DNA of 64,000 nt. It comes from Alphaproteobacteria bacterium. Lineage in GTDB: Bacteria; Pseudomonadota; Alphaproteobacteria; Methylaequorales; Methylaequoraceae. Position numbers and translations under genes: made by a program. The stretch spans positions 34,718-98,717 of the forward strand of contig JBJKUS010000005.1 in NCBI GenBank assembly GCA_045563025.1. Direction: 5' to 3'. The number at the start of each line of letters is the position of its first letter. Within the stretch, counting starts at the first letter, position 1. The notes below the pieces were generated by a model that ran no database searches, was not told the DNA's origin, and saw only the letters and a program-made list of their open reading frames with translations. This document shows positions 1-9,640 of this stretch, piece by piece.

Positions 1-560
1 ATCCCATCATTAAAAAATCCTGAATCACCGCTTCCATATTTTATTAAAATCTTGCCCTTCACAGGCCAAATGAATTTTTGGGTATTACTAGACTTTGATA
101 TACTCTTTACTTTAACAACTTTTTTTTTCTTTTGGATTGTTTTTTTTTTAAGTGTTGGATTATTTTTTTTTTGTTCAAAATATTCAGGAATTAGGATTCT
201 TTGACCAACTTTAATTTGATTTATATCTTTAAGTTTATTCAGTTTTGAAATTGAGTAAACATTACTTTTTAATTTCCTTGAAATAGAATACAGTGTGTCA
301 CCTTTTTTTACTCTATAGTAGACATTTTTTGGTAAAAATATTCTTTGGTTTGGATAGATTTTAAAAGGTTCTTTAATTCCGTTATGTTTAATAATCTTTT
401 TGATTGAAATATTAAATTTTTTTGAGATCGAATATAAATTATCTCCTTTTTTAACTTTATAAAAATCAGTTTTTTTTGGTTCTATTTTAGGATATTTAAT
501 CGTAAATTCATCATAAAAAATTGATTCACAACCATATAAAAAAAATATTAGTAATATAAT
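1..560 (-). CDS. nlpD: LysM-domain peptidoglycan peptidase (NlpD/M23 family), N-terminal part; the gene continues beyond the window start
   Basis: The minus-strand ORF begins at an ATG near 558-560 (MKIIILLIFF..., signal/lipobox-like). It has two LysM repeats (YKVKKGDNLYSISKKF..., YRVKKGDTLYSISRKL...) and the start of an M23 domain (FIWPVKGKIL). Its position beside pcm matches the conserved alphaproteobacterial pcm-nlpD order. Confidence 0.7.
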   Translation of the reverse strand, partial: MILLIFFLYGCESIFYDEFTIKYPKIEPKKTDFYKVKKGDNLYSISKKFNISIKKIIKHNGIKEPFKIYPNQRIFLPKNVYYRVKKGDTLYSISRKLKSNVYSISKLNKLKDINQIKVGQRILIPEYFEQKKNNPTLKKKTIQKKKKVVKVKSISKSSNTQKFIWPVKGKILIKYGSGDSGFFNDG

Positions 561-565
561 TATTT

Positions 566-1213
566 TCATTGATTTTCTTTTCCTTCTACTAAAGGTACAA
601 ATCTGACTTTCATTAAATTTTCTATTTTTATATCATTATCATTTTTTATTATTTTTTTTAAGACTTGTTCGTTATAATCATCACCAATCGGAATTATCAT
701 TATACCTTTATTTGCAAGTTGTTTTAAAAGATTGTGAGGAATCTCTGGGGCATTTGCTGTTACTAAAATCCTGTCAAAAGGTGCTTGCTCTTTCCAACCT
801 AGACCTCCATCAGCATGTTTGAAAAATATATTTTTCGTTCCAAGTTGCCTTAAAAGGTTCTCGGCTTTTTTTTTTAAGCTATTGTACCTTTCAATAGTGT
901 AGACGAATCTGCATAATTTTGATAAAATATATGACTGATAACCGCTTCCAGTACCTATCTCTAACACTCTTAAATTTTTATTTAATTCAAGTGACTGCGT
1001 CATATGAGCCACTACCAAGGGTTGGGATATTGTTTGGCCACAGTCTATCGGCAAAGCAATATTCAGATTTGATTTTTGCTTTAAATTCTCATCAACAAAA
1101 AACGATCTATCTGCTGATTCGATTATATTTAAAACTGATCTATCAACAATACCATTTTTCTTTAATTCCATTAACAAGTCAAACTTTTTACTTTTTTTAA
1201 TTTTCTCAAACAT
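566..1213 (-). CDS. pcm: protein-L-isoaspartate O-methyltransferase
   Basis: 215 aa with the PCMT motif VLEIGTGSGYQSYILSKL. Its start overlaps the serS stop by 8 nt. Confidence 0.9.
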   Translation of the reverse strand: MFEKIKKSKKFDLLMELKKNGIVDRSVLNIIESADRSFFVDENLKQKSNLNIALPIDCGQTISQPLVVAHMTQSLELNKNLRVLEIGTGSGYQSYILSKLCRFVYTIERYNSLKKKAENLLRQLGTKNIFFKHADGGLGWKEQAPFDRILVTANAPEIPHNLLKQLANKGIMIIPIGDDYNEQVLKKIIKNDNDIKIENLMKVRFVPLVEGKENQ

Positions 1214-2489
1214 TAAGCTGTAATTTTTTTATACCATTCATATATTTGCTTATTACTTGTGGTATTTCTATTGTTCCCTCCTCATTTTGAAAGTTCTCAA
1301 TGATTGCAATTAATATTCTTCCGACTGCAAGAGATGAACCATTTAAAGTATGAGGGAAAAAAATTTGACCATTCTCGTAATTTTTGACTCTTGTTTTCAT
1401 TCTTCTGGATTGAAAGTCTTTACAGTTTGAACAACTTGAGACCTCTCGGTATTTATTTTGTCCTGGCATCCAAACTTCAAAATCAACAGTATATGAAGAT
1501 GAAAAGCCAATATCTCCTGCGCAAAGCTCAATCATTCTAAAAGGTAAATTTAAATCCGTAAGAATTTTTTCAACACAATTCAGCATATGCGATAGTTCTT
1601 TCTTTGAATCATCGGGGTGAGTTATAGAAACCAATTCAACTTTTCCAAATTGATGTTCTCTCATTAAACCTCTAGTATCCTTTCCAGCTGCACCTGCCTC
1701 TGCTCTAAAACAATTTGTAAAAGCCGTATATCTTAGAGGTAGATCTTTTATGTCAATAATTTCTTCCCTATGAAAATTTGTCAAAGGAACCTCACTAGTA
1801 GGTATCAACCATAATTCGTTAAAATTAGTTTTGAAAAGATCTTCTCCAAATTTTGGAAGTTGACCTGTACCGTAAAGACATTCCTCTTTTACCATTTCAG
1901 GAACTGTACATTCAATATAATCAAAAACTTGTGTATTAATATCAATCATAAAATTCATTAAAGCCCTGTGTAATTGAGATAAACTTGATTTCAAAACTGA
2001 AAATCTTGTTCCAGACATCTTAATTGCTTTTTTGTAATCAATCAGATTCAAATTTTCTAATAATTCTAAGTGATCTTTAGGCTTAAAACTAAACTTTTTT
2101 TTATCACCTTTCTGTTTTATAATCTTATTATTTTTTTCAGTTAAACCCTCTGGCGTTTGTTCATCAATTAAATTAGGAATTTCTGAAAGCAATTGATCCA
2201 AAATTTTTTTCTTATTCAATGATTCTTCTTTACATAATTCAAGGTCAGCCTTCAAAGTCTTAACTTCCTTTGAAATTTTTGAAAATTCTTCAGAACTTTT
2301 ATCATTAATCGAAGATACTTTTTTTGATAAACTATTCTTTTTTTCTTGATAATTTTGAACTTTATTAAGCGACTCAAGATAGCTGTTATGTAAATCAATT
2401 AATTTTTTAGAATCTACAAAACAGTTTCTTTTTTTTAGAGATTTTTCAAAATTATCCGGGTTTTCTTTGATAAATTTAATATCATGCAT
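1206..2489 (-). CDS. serS: seryl-tRNA synthetase
   Basis: 427 aa with an N-terminal coiled-coil arm and class II motifs (FRAEAGAAGKDTRGLMREHQFGKVE, GSSLAVGR). Confidence 0.95.
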   Translation of the reverse strand: MHDIKFIKENPDNFEKSLKKRNCFVDSKKLIDLHNSYLESLNKVQNYQEKKNSLSKKVSSINDKSSEEFSKISKEVKTLKADLELCKEESLNKKKILDQLLSEIPNLIDEQTPEGLTEKNNKIIKQKGDKKKFSFKPKDHLELLENLNLIDYKKAIKMSGTRFSVLKSSLSQLHRALMNFMIDINTQVFDYIECTVPEMVKEECLYGTGQLPKFGEDLFKTNFNELWLIPTSEVPLTNFHREEIIDIKDLPLRYTAFTNCFRAEAGAAGKDTRGLMREHQFGKVELVSITHPDDSKKELSHMLNCVEKILTDLNLPFRMIELCAGDIGFSSSYTVDFEVWMPGQNKYREVSSCSNCKDFQSRRMKTRVKNYENGQIFFPHTLNGSSLAVGRILIAIIENFQNEEGTIEIPQVISKYMNGIKKLQLNV

Positions 2490-3213
2490 TTTTATCTTTT
2501 AAAAATATTTTTATAAACAATATTGAGAATTCATAAAAGATTATTAATGGAATAGCAATCCCTATCTGGGAAATAACATCTGGAGGTGTAAAAATTGCCG
2601 AAAAAATAAGAATTCCTATAAAAAAATATTTTCTATTTCTTGATAAAAATTTTTGATTAAATATTTTCAATTTTGTTAACAATATAATTAATACAGGGAA
2701 CTCAAATGACAATCCACTTGCTAATAACAAAAACATTGTTAACTTTACGTACTCTGAATATTTTGACTCTAACTCCACAGGCAGTGATTCATTTAAAAAG
2801 TTTTCATATGAAATAAAAAAATTCCAAATGACTGGAATTAAAAAATAATAAGCAAAAAGCAAACCAGCAAAAAAAAAGAAAGGACTTAAAATAACTAATG
2901 GTATAAATATTTTCTTTTCTTTTTTATAAAGTGCAGGAGATGCAAACAAAATAACCTGTATTAGGAGGAAAGGTATAGAAACTAAAAAGGAAGCAAAAAG
3001 TGAAATTTTTAGATTAGAAACAAAAACCTCTGGTAAAGCAGTAAATATCATTCTCTGATTAGATGAATCAGATAGTAAGTTAAAAAGTGGTTTAGTTAAA
3101 AAATTCCCAATATATTCGACATTATATAAAAAAAAAAAAAAACATAAAAAGAGAAATAAAAAAGAAAACAATAGTCTGTTTCTTAGTTCTTTCAAATGAT
3201 CTAAGTATTTCAT
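2482..3213 (-). CDS. tatC: twin-arginine translocase subunit TatC
   Basis: 243 aa polytopic membrane protein. The N-terminus MKYLDHLKELRNRLL is typical of TatC. It overlaps the serS start. Confidence 0.9.
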   Translation of the reverse strand: MKYLDHLKELRNRLLFSFLFLFLCFFFFLYNVEYIGNFLTKPLFNLLSDSSNQRMIFTALPEVFVSNLKISLFASFLVSIPFLLIQVILFASPALYKKEKKIFIPLVILSPFFFFAGLLFAYYFLIPVIWNFFISYENFLNESLPVELESKYSEYVKLTMFLLLASGLSFEFPVLIILLTKLKIFNQKFLSRNRKYFFIGILIFSAIFTPPDVISQIGIAIPLIIFYEFSILFIKIFLKDKNA

Positions 3214-3461
3214 TTTTTTAAATTTTTTTTACTAGGTTTTAATTGTTTTTTATTTTGTCTATCAAAATCAAGTTTTATTTTTTTTAATTCCTCTATGCTG
3301 TCATATTCATCTAGCTCGTATTTAAAGTTTAATAAATATCTACTTATTTTCCTGTAAAATAGACCAAAATTCTTTGTGATTTTTGGGATTTCTTCAGGTT
3401 TAATAAATAATACTAAAAAGAAAAAAATGATTAAGAGTTCAATAATTCCAATGTTGAACAT
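3210..3461 (-). CDS. tatB: twin-arginine translocase subunit TatB
   Basis: 83 aa with an N-terminal TM helix then an amphipathic, charged tail (MFNIGIIELLIIFF...). It lies between tatA and tatC, and its ATG overlaps the tatA stop (TAATG). Confidence 0.75.
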   Translation of the reverse strand: MFNIGIIELLIIFFFLVLFIKPEEIPKITKNFGLFYRKISRYLLNFKYELDEYDSIEELKKIKLDFDRQNKKQLKPSKKNLKK

Positions 3462-3625
3462 TATTTTTTTTTATCGTTTTCTTTTTTTTCATCTTTCAGT
3501 CCTTCTTTAAAAGACTTTATACCTTTTGCAAGTTCACCAGCCACCTTTGGAAGTTTTCCAGCTCCAAATACGATTAAAACAATCAAAAGTATTAAAATTA
3601 TTTCCCAATGCCCAAGTCCAAACAT
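3461..3625 (-). CDS. tatA: twin-arginine translocase subunit TatA (54 aa; absent from the ORF track because it is under 60 aa)
   Basis: Manual translation of the minus strand gives MFGLGHWEIILILLIVLIVFGAGKLPKVAGELAKGIKSFKEGLKDEKKENDKKK, which carries the canonical TatA/E motif. The stop TAA overlaps the tatB ATG. Confidence 0.8.
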   Translation of the reverse strand: MFGLGHWEIILILLIVLIVFGAGKLPKVAGELAKGIKSFKEGLKDEKKENDKKK

Positions 3626-3645
3626 AAAAAAGCTCCAGTTAAATA

Positions 3646-4167
3646 TTACAAGATTATGGATTCTAATTCATCAACTTTCGGAAGATCTTTAATTGAAGTC
3701 AAACCAAAATGCTTTAAAAATTCATAATCAGTTATCCAAGTTACTGGTCTTCCAGGTGTTTCCCTACGACCACTTGGTTTTATCCACTTTAGTTCCAAAA
3801 GTGAATCTAAAGTACCTCTAAAGACTGGTTTACCTCTAATTTTTTCTATCTCAGCCCTAGTAACAGGTTGATGATAAGATATTATAGCCAAAGTTTCAAC
3901 AGCTGCTCCAGAGAGATTCTTTACTTTTTTTGTTTGGATACTCAAAAAGTCTTTTAAACTATTCGAGGTTTTAAAAAAGAATCTGTTATCAGCACTATCC
4001 AATAAAATCCCTCTATCTTTATAGTCCATCTTTAATTCATCTAGAATTTTATCTAAATCAAAATCTCCATATTCGGATAACATTTTTTTTAAATCTTTTT
4101 TATTCAAGGGTTCCAAAGATGAGAAAATTAAAGACTCGACGTAATTTTTTGCAATTTCATAATTCAT
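3646..4167 (-). CDS. scpB: segregation and condensation protein B
   Basis: 173 aa with ScpB winged-helix motifs (LEPLNKKDL, AIISYHQPVTRAEIEKIRG). Overlaps scpA. Confidence 0.85.
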   Translation of the reverse strand: MNYEIAKNYVESLIFSSLEPLNKKDLKKMLSEYGDFDLDKILDELKMDYKDRGILLDSADNRFFFKTSNSLKDFLSIQTKKVKNLSGAAVETLAIISYHQPVTRAEIEKIRGKPVFRGTLDSLLELKWIKPSGRRETPGRPVTWITDYEFLKHFGLTSIKDLPKVDELESIIL

Positions 4168-4877
4168 TCTTTAACCTTTATCATTATTTTATCATAATGG
4201 TCCTTTTGGTTCATTAATAATTTGCCCTGAGAAACTTTATTAAGAGAGGCTAAAAGTAATGATATAATTGCAGATTTTTTTTTATTGTCACTAACGGTAA
4301 CATTAGGTAAAAAATTGAAAAGAAAGAACCAGTCTTTTTCACTTTTTTCAAATAATCTACCCAACCACCTTATACCATCTTCCATTGAAAATAAATCTGT
4401 TTCATCAGAAAGTATTTTGATAGTATTTTTTTTTTTATATATTTCAGAGTATTTAAGTATTATGTCGTGAAGACTTATCTTAGGGACAATTTTACTACTA
4501 ATTACATATTCATTCTTAATATTTACAGAATGAAAGTCTTTTCCATCTTGCGGTAAATTAAATATTTTTTTTGCTAATTGTTTTATGGCATCATAGTGAA
4601 TCAACCTCTGTGTTAGATCCTCTTCAATATTTTCAGTTTCTTCTTTTTCGTCCTCCGGAAGTAAAAGTTTCGATTTTAAATAAGCTAATAGTGATGCCAT
4701 AACCAAATAATCAGCAGAAAGTTTAATCTGATTAATATTTTTATCTATAAAACTTAAGTACTGATTAGCTAACTCAAGAATAGAGATCTTTTTAATATCA
4801 ACTTTCTGTTTTTTTGATAAATCTAACAAAAGATCTAAAGGTCCTTCATATCCGCTAATATTTAAATTTAGTTGCAT
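4164..4877 (-). CDS. scpA: segregation and condensation protein A
   Basis: 237 aa; the N-terminus QLNLNISGYEGPLDLLLDLSKKQKVDIKKISI is typical of ScpA. Confidence 0.85.
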   Translation of the reverse strand: MQLNLNISGYEGPLDLLLDLSKKQKVDIKKISILELANQYLSFIDKNINQIKLSADYLVMASLLAYLKSKLLLPEDEKEETENIEEDLTQRLIHYDAIKQLAKKIFNLPQDGKDFHSVNIKNEYVISSKIVPKISLHDIILKYSEIYKKKNTIKILSDETDLFSMEDGIRWLGRLFEKSEKDWFFLFNFLPNVTVSDNKKKSAIISLLLASLNKVSQGKLLMNQKDHYDKIMIKVKE

Positions 4878-4881
4878 AACT

Positions 4882-5886
4882 TTATATTATACCCTCATTT
4901 TTTAGTTCTCGTCTAATATTTTCTATTTGCATTACTTTAGGATCTATTTTTTTTAATTTCTTTTGAAAGAAATTTAAGTATTTTTGAGAAATTGGTTTTG
5001 ATAATGGATAAATTCTTTTCATCTCATCTATTTTTCCATTACAATGTAAAATAATATCACAACCAGCGTCATATGATCTTTTCACAATTGTCTCTAGATT
5101 ATCTGTCAAACCCTTCATAGAAATATCGTCAGTTATTATTAAACCTTTAAAACTATTATAATCTCTTAACAATTTGTTAATTTTTTTTGAATACGTAGCT
5201 ATTTCCGAGTCAATGCCTGGATAGGTTATATGAGCTAGCATAACGAAAGTCTCTTCCTTTAAACATACAAATGGAATTAGATCAGTTTCTTTAAGAGTCT
5301 TTAAATCAGTTCTGATGCAAGAAACATCATTGTGCGTATCTTTCTTTGATCTCCCGTGACCAGGATAATGTTTTAACACAGGAAATACACCAGAATCCAT
5401 CAAGCCTTTACAATATTGACTAACGAGTTTATTTGCAGTTTCAGGATTTTTACCAAAAGATCTATTACCAATGATTTTATGAGCATTATCAAAAACAAGA
5501 TCACAAACTGGCGAAAAGTTTACATCAATTCCAATTTCTTTAAGTTCATTGCCAATTAAATATGAAGTAAGGTAACTTAAAGTTAAAGCTTTATTTTCAT
5601 TAACTTCACACAAGTCTCCAAAGATTTTTTGAGGTGGAAAATCGGTAAAATTATTACCTCTTAATCTTTGAACTTTACCTCCTTCTTGATCAATAAAAAT
5701 CAAAGGAGATCTATTAATAGTTGAAACTTTAAGTTCTAATATTAAATTCTTAATTTGCAAATAATTTTTAAAATTCCTTTTAAACAGAACAAAACCAAAA
5801 GGTTTAGTTTTTTTAAAAAATTTTTTTTCTACTGCAGTTAATTCTGTGTTGTTAACAGATAATATGATTCCATCAGGATTGTCCAC
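4882..5886 (-). CDS. nagZ: beta-N-acetylhexosaminidase (glycoside hydrolase family 3)
   Basis: 334 aa with GH3 N-terminal domain motifs (FIDQEGGKVQRL, KHYPGHGRSKKDTHND). Confidence 0.85.
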   Translation of the reverse strand: MDNPDGIILSVNNTELTAVEKKFFKKTKPFGFVLFKRNFKNYLQIKNLILELKVSTINRSPLIFIDQEGGKVQRLRGNNFTDFPPQKIFGDLCEVNENKALTLSYLTSYLIGNELKEIGIDVNFSPVCDLVFDNAHKIIGNRSFGKNPETANKLVSQYCKGLMDSGVFPVLKHYPGHGRSKKDTHNDVSCIRTDLKTLKETDLIPFVCLKEETFVMLAHITYPGIDSEIATYSKKINKLLRDYNSFKGLIITDDISMKGLTDNLETIVKRSYDAGCDIILHCNGKIDEMKRIYPLSKPISQKYLNFFQKKLKKIDPKVMQIENIRRELKNEGII

Positions 5887-6414
5887 TTAATTATCTTTCA
5901 ATACAATACAGTTTATCTTATTTTTTTTTAGTATTTTGCAATTACTATTAGCTTCTCTGTAGGAGAATACATTTTCTGAAACAACTCTAAAATACGTATT
6001 ATTTTTTTCTAAATTAAATTCTTTTATTTTTAAATTTATTTTATTTTTTTTAAAAAAATCGTTTTGTATTATCTGTTTAGAAATTTTTTCACTTTTTTTG
6101 TAATTTCTAAATGATGCCAACTGAAGCCTGTACTCTTTTTTCTCATTAAGACTTAAGCTTTGATCTTTTTCTTCAAGCTTTTCTTCAATTAGCTCATCAA
6201 TATTTTTTGGCTTATCTTTTTCAAGAATTTGATAAATACCCTCTTCATTGTATTGAAAGTTATTTTCTACTTTCTTTATAATAGACCTTTGATTCTCCAG
6301 TATTATTAATTCTTCATTTGGAACAATCGAAATATAAGACAAAATTATAAGAGCTATTAAAATAAGATAACTAAAAAAAATTATAGAAACTTTTAATTTA
6401 AAATTTTTCATCAC
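5887..6414 (-). CDS. SPOR-domain membrane protein (DedD/FtsN-like septal peptidoglycan-binding)
   Basis: 175 aa with an N-terminal TM helix and a C-terminal SPOR-like segment (YRLQLASFRNYKKSEKI...YFRVVSENVFSYREANSNCKILKKNKINCIVLK). Confidence 0.6.
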   Translation of the reverse strand: MMKNFKLKVSIIFFSYLILIALIILSYISIVPNEELIILENQRSIIKKVENNFQYNEEGIYQILEKDKPKNIDELIEEKLEEKDQSLSLNEKKEYRLQLASFRNYKKSEKISKQIIQNDFFKKNKINLKIKEFNLEKNNTYFRVVSENVFSYREANSNCKILKKNKINCIVLKDN

Positions 6415-8135
6415 ATTTTATTTGGACATTTAATTTTTAATAAGCTCAGACCTTTATTTAAAACTTTTTTAACTGCAAAAACCAAATAAGTTCTAGCCCG
6501 TGTAGTATCGTCATCATTTTCAATTAAAATTCTTTTTTTGGCATCAATATTACCAATACTCCAATAATTATGAAATATTTTTGCCAAATCATACAAATAA
6601 GCAGATATTCTATGGGGTTCATAATGTATAGCGGAATTTTTAATTATATCATAAAAACTACAAATATGTTTAATTATCAATTTTTCTTCCTCAAGCATTA
6701 ATTTGTTTAACTTAAGTGAATCAGTATTTTTTTCATCAATACTAATCTCTTTTCTTTTCTCTTTTACAATTTGAATTATTGACATACATCTGGCATATGC
6801 GTACTGAATATAAAAAACCGGGTTTTCCTTATTTTTTTGAAAAAAAATATCTAAATCAAAATCAATTTTTTTATCTGCATTTCTAGATATCATCATATAT
6901 CTTATCGCATCAGAACCTACTTCAGATACGACTTCGTTCATCGTAATAAAATTCCCAGACCTTTTTGACATCTTTATTTGTTTATTTTTTTTCAAAAGGT
7001 TAACTAGGGAGGTTAATTTAATTTCTAAGTTCACATTTTCTTTATTCAATGCATTTAACACATTTTTAAGCCTCTTAACATAACCAAAATGATCAACTCC
7101 CCATATATTAATCATTAAATCAAACTTCCTTGATATTTTGTTTTGGTGATACAAAATATCTGACATAAAATATGTTAGAGATCCATTTGGTTTAATAAGG
7201 GCTCTATCAGAGTCATCCCCAAATTTTTTAGAACGAAATAAGAAATGCTTTTTTTTTATCCAATCCTTCTCCTCAATATTCTTTGGTTTTTCCTGAAATC
7301 CGTAATATGCTAATTCCATTTCCAAAAGTTTTTTTTTTAGTTTTTCTATATTTTGTAAAGATGAAATCTCTTTTTCAGAAACAAAACTTTGATGAAAAAC
7401 GTTTATTAACTCTAAATCAGCTTTAATATCATTTAGTATATTTTCAATTATTATTTTTTTGTACTTTTCATTAAGAACATTAATCTTTTCTTTCTTAAAA
7501 ATTTTTTTTGTTAAGTTCTTTAGATAATCGCCAGGATATAATGTGTCAGGCATCTCATCTTCAACTCTTCTTGTATTAGTGAGATGAAATTTAACTGTTT
7601 CTATTAATTTATTTATTTGCTCACCAGCATCATTTATGTAGTACTCACCAGTAACTTTATGTCCAACCTCACATAGAATTGAAAATAAGCTGTCACCCAA
7701 AATAGCTCCTCTGGCATGACCAATATGCATTTGTCCAGTTGGATTTGCCGATACATATTCAAGACAAATTTTTCTTGATTTAATTTTATAATCAAATTTG
7801 TCCGGTAAATCTAAAAACTCTTGTAATTGATTCTGCCAAAATATACTTTTAAAAAAAAAATTTATAAAACCAGGTTTAACAATCTCTAATTTTAGGATCA
7901 TTTTATTCTTATTTAATTGATTTACTATTTTCTCAGCTAACCTAATGGGAGACAATTTTAATATCTTACAAGCGACCATAGCGATATTACTAGAAAGATC
8001 TCCAAATTCTTTCCTGGGTGAAATATCTATTGAGAAATTCAAATTATTAGAGAGGTTTTTGTTTAAACAATTCTCTGAAAATATTTTTTTTAAAATTATC
8101 TCCAGTTCATTTCTTAGGTATTCTTGATAAAGCAT
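6411..8135 (-). CDS. argS: arginyl-tRNA synthetase
   Basis: 574 aa with the class I HIGH (MHIGHARGAILGD) and KMSKS (KMSKRSGNF) motifs and a DALR-like C-terminus. Confidence 0.95.
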   Translation of the reverse strand: MLYQEYLRNELEIILKKIFSENCLNKNLSNNLNFSIDISPRKEFGDLSSNIAMVACKILKLSPIRLAEKIVNQLNKNKMILKLEIVKPGFINFFFKSIFWQNQLQEFLDLPDKFDYKIKSRKICLEYVSANPTGQMHIGHARGAILGDSLFSILCEVGHKVTGEYYINDAGEQINKLIETVKFHLTNTRRVEDEMPDTLYPGDYLKNLTKKIFKKEKINVLNEKYKKIIIENILNDIKADLELINVFHQSFVSEKEISSLQNIEKLKKKLLEMELAYYGFQEKPKNIEEKDWIKKKHFLFRSKKFGDDSDRALIKPNGSLTYFMSDILYHQNKISRKFDLMINIWGVDHFGYVKRLKNVLNALNKENVNLEIKLTSLVNLLKKNKQIKMSKRSGNFITMNEVVSEVGSDAIRYMMISRNADKKIDFDLDIFFQKNKENPVFYIQYAYARCMSIIQIVKEKRKEISIDEKNTDSLKLNKLMLEEEKLIIKHICSFYDIIKNSAIHYEPHRISAYLYDLAKIFHNYWSIGNIDAKKRILIENDDDTTRARTYLVFAVKKVLNKGLSLLKIKCPNKM

Positions 8136-9275
8136 TTAAAAATTATATAAATCAAAAAACTTTTTGTGAGTATTAATAGCATATTTGTCAGTCATACCTG
8201 AAATATAATCGCAAACTACAAAATATCTTTGTTCTTTATTATTAAATTTCTTCCATTTTTCTGGAAGAAGGTCAGATTCACTAATAAACAGATCAAATAA
8301 ATCTGAAATGATTCTTTTAGCCTTTAAAGTCATTGTTCTTATTTTGGGATGCATATACATTTTTTCTTTTAAAAATTTTTTAAGTTCAATTTCATTTTTT
8401 TTCATTGAATCACTGAAACATACTACACTTTTATCTAATGAGACAATATCGTTAGCAGATAATATTTTAAATTTCTTTAAATTTTCTTGAGTATTTTTGA
8501 TTAAATCATCTATCATCAATTTTATAAGTTTCCTAACCAGCTCATATCGTAATCTTGCATTATTAGGTCTTTGTATCTTAAATGAACCCAAAGCTTTTTT
8601 TACAAGCTTTAGTTGTTCTAATTCCTCTAAATCAAAGAATTTAGCATACAGTCCATCATCGATATCATTATTATTGTATGCTATATCATCACAAATTGAG
8701 GAAAGCTGTGATTCAAAAGAACCAAATTTATTCAAGTCGCCTTTAAAGAAATTAATAAAGTTTTGAATATAAATTGGAACTTTTTGATTTTTGATTGGAC
8801 CATTATGTTTAAGAATCCCGTCTAAAGTTTCAAAAGTAAGATTTAATCCGTCAAATTTTAAATACTTTTTTTCCAGGGAAGTTAAAATCTTTAATGCCTG
8901 ATAATTATGATTAAAACCACCGTATGCCTTCATTTTCTTACTAAGCTCATCCTCCCCCGCATGTCCAAAAGGTGTATGCCCAAGATCATGAGACAATGAT
9001 ATTGACTCAGCTAGATCATCATTAACTTTAAAAACTTTAGCAATTGATCGAGCTAGTTGAGACACCTCAATACTATGAGAGAGTCTTGTTCTGTAATAAT
9101 CTTCTTTATTGTAAACAAATACTTGTGTTTTATATTTTAGCCTTCTAAATGCTGAACTATGAATGATTCTATCTCTGTCTCTCATAAAACAAGATCTATT
9201 TACATCTTCTTCTTCAAGAAACATTCTTCCTTTTGATTTTTTTAAATCAGATGAAAAGATTGAATAATCTGTCAT
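8136..9275 (-). CDS. dgt: dGTPase-like HD-domain triphosphohydrolase
   Basis: HD motifs HSIEVSQLARSIA and HDLGHTPFGHAGE are present. The start is placed at the internal MTDYSIF Met, because the ORF-track start (9341) would overlap the divergent erpA. The RDRDRIIHSSAFRRL motif follows. Confidence 0.85.
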   Translation of the reverse strand: MTDYSIFSSDLKKSKGRMFLEEEDVNRSCFMRDRDRIIHSSAFRRLKYKTQVFVYNKEDYYRTRLSHSIEVSQLARSIAKVFKVNDDLAESISLSHDLGHTPFGHAGEDELSKKMKAYGGFNHNYQALKILTSLEKKYLKFDGLNLTFETLDGILKHNGPIKNQKVPIYIQNFINFFKGDLNKFGSFESQLSSICDDIAYNNNDIDDGLYAKFFDLEELEQLKLVKKALGSFKIQRPNNARLRYELVRKLIKLMIDDLIKNTQENLKKFKILSANDIVSLDKSVVCFSDSMKKNEIELKKFLKEKMYMHPKIRTMTLKAKRIISDLFDLFISESDLLPEKWKKFNNKEQRYFVVCDYISGMTDKYAINTHKKFFDLYNF

Positions 9276-9316
9276 AATATATAATATATTGATAACATAA
9301 AAAAAAAAATAGTATA

Positions 9317-9637
9317 ATGTTTGATGTATCAAAAAGTGCACTTGACAGAATAGAAAGCGTTTGTAAGGAAAAAGAATCTGATAACTTTTTTCGTATATCA
9401 GTAGATGGAGGGGGATGTCAGGGTTTTTCCTATAAATTTACATTTGATAACAAAGTAAATAAAGACGATAAGATTCTAAATTTTGATAAAGTAAAGGTTT
9501 TAATAGACGAAACTTCACTTGGATTTGTGCAAGGATCAAAACTTGATTTTGTTGAAGATATGATCGGATCATATTTCAAAATATCCAATCCTAATGCCAC
9601 TTCTACTTGTGGTTGTGGAACTTCCTTCTCCGTATAA
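9317..9637 (+). CDS. erpA: A-type iron-sulfur carrier (ErpA/IscA/HesB family)
   Basis: 106 aa with GGGCQGFSY and the C-terminal CGCGTSFSV motif of the A-type carrier (ATC) fold. Confidence 0.75.
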   Translation: MFDVSKSALDRIESVCKEKESDNFFRISVDGGGCQGFSYKFTFDNKVNKDDKILNFDKVKVLIDETSLGFVQGSKLDFVEDMIGSYFKISNPNATSTCGCGTSFSV

Positions 9638-9640
9638 TCT

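Noticed and set aside
919-1200. ORF-track entries on alternate or antisense frames inside well-supported genes (for example 919..1200+, 4285..4470+, 7945..8127+, 8308..8766+, 9430..9663-, 10458..10921+, 11539..11724+, 14058..14240+, 14582..14815+, 35390..35740-, 40774..41217-, 46244..46603-, 57174..57647+)
   Set aside because: Each lies entirely within a longer ORF that has clear family motifs. They have low-complexity or hydrophobic-junk translations and no start context. Their enrichment in the GC-richer conserved genes (ilvD, ALDH, hscA, the RND permease) is the expected stop-codon-depletion artefact.
9313-9318. A TATAAT hexamer overlapping the erpA start codon, as a leaderless promoter
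   Set aside because: In a genome of about 29% GC, TATAAT occurs frequently by chance. No -35 or TG extension is in register, and a better divergent promoter region exists at 9276..9316.
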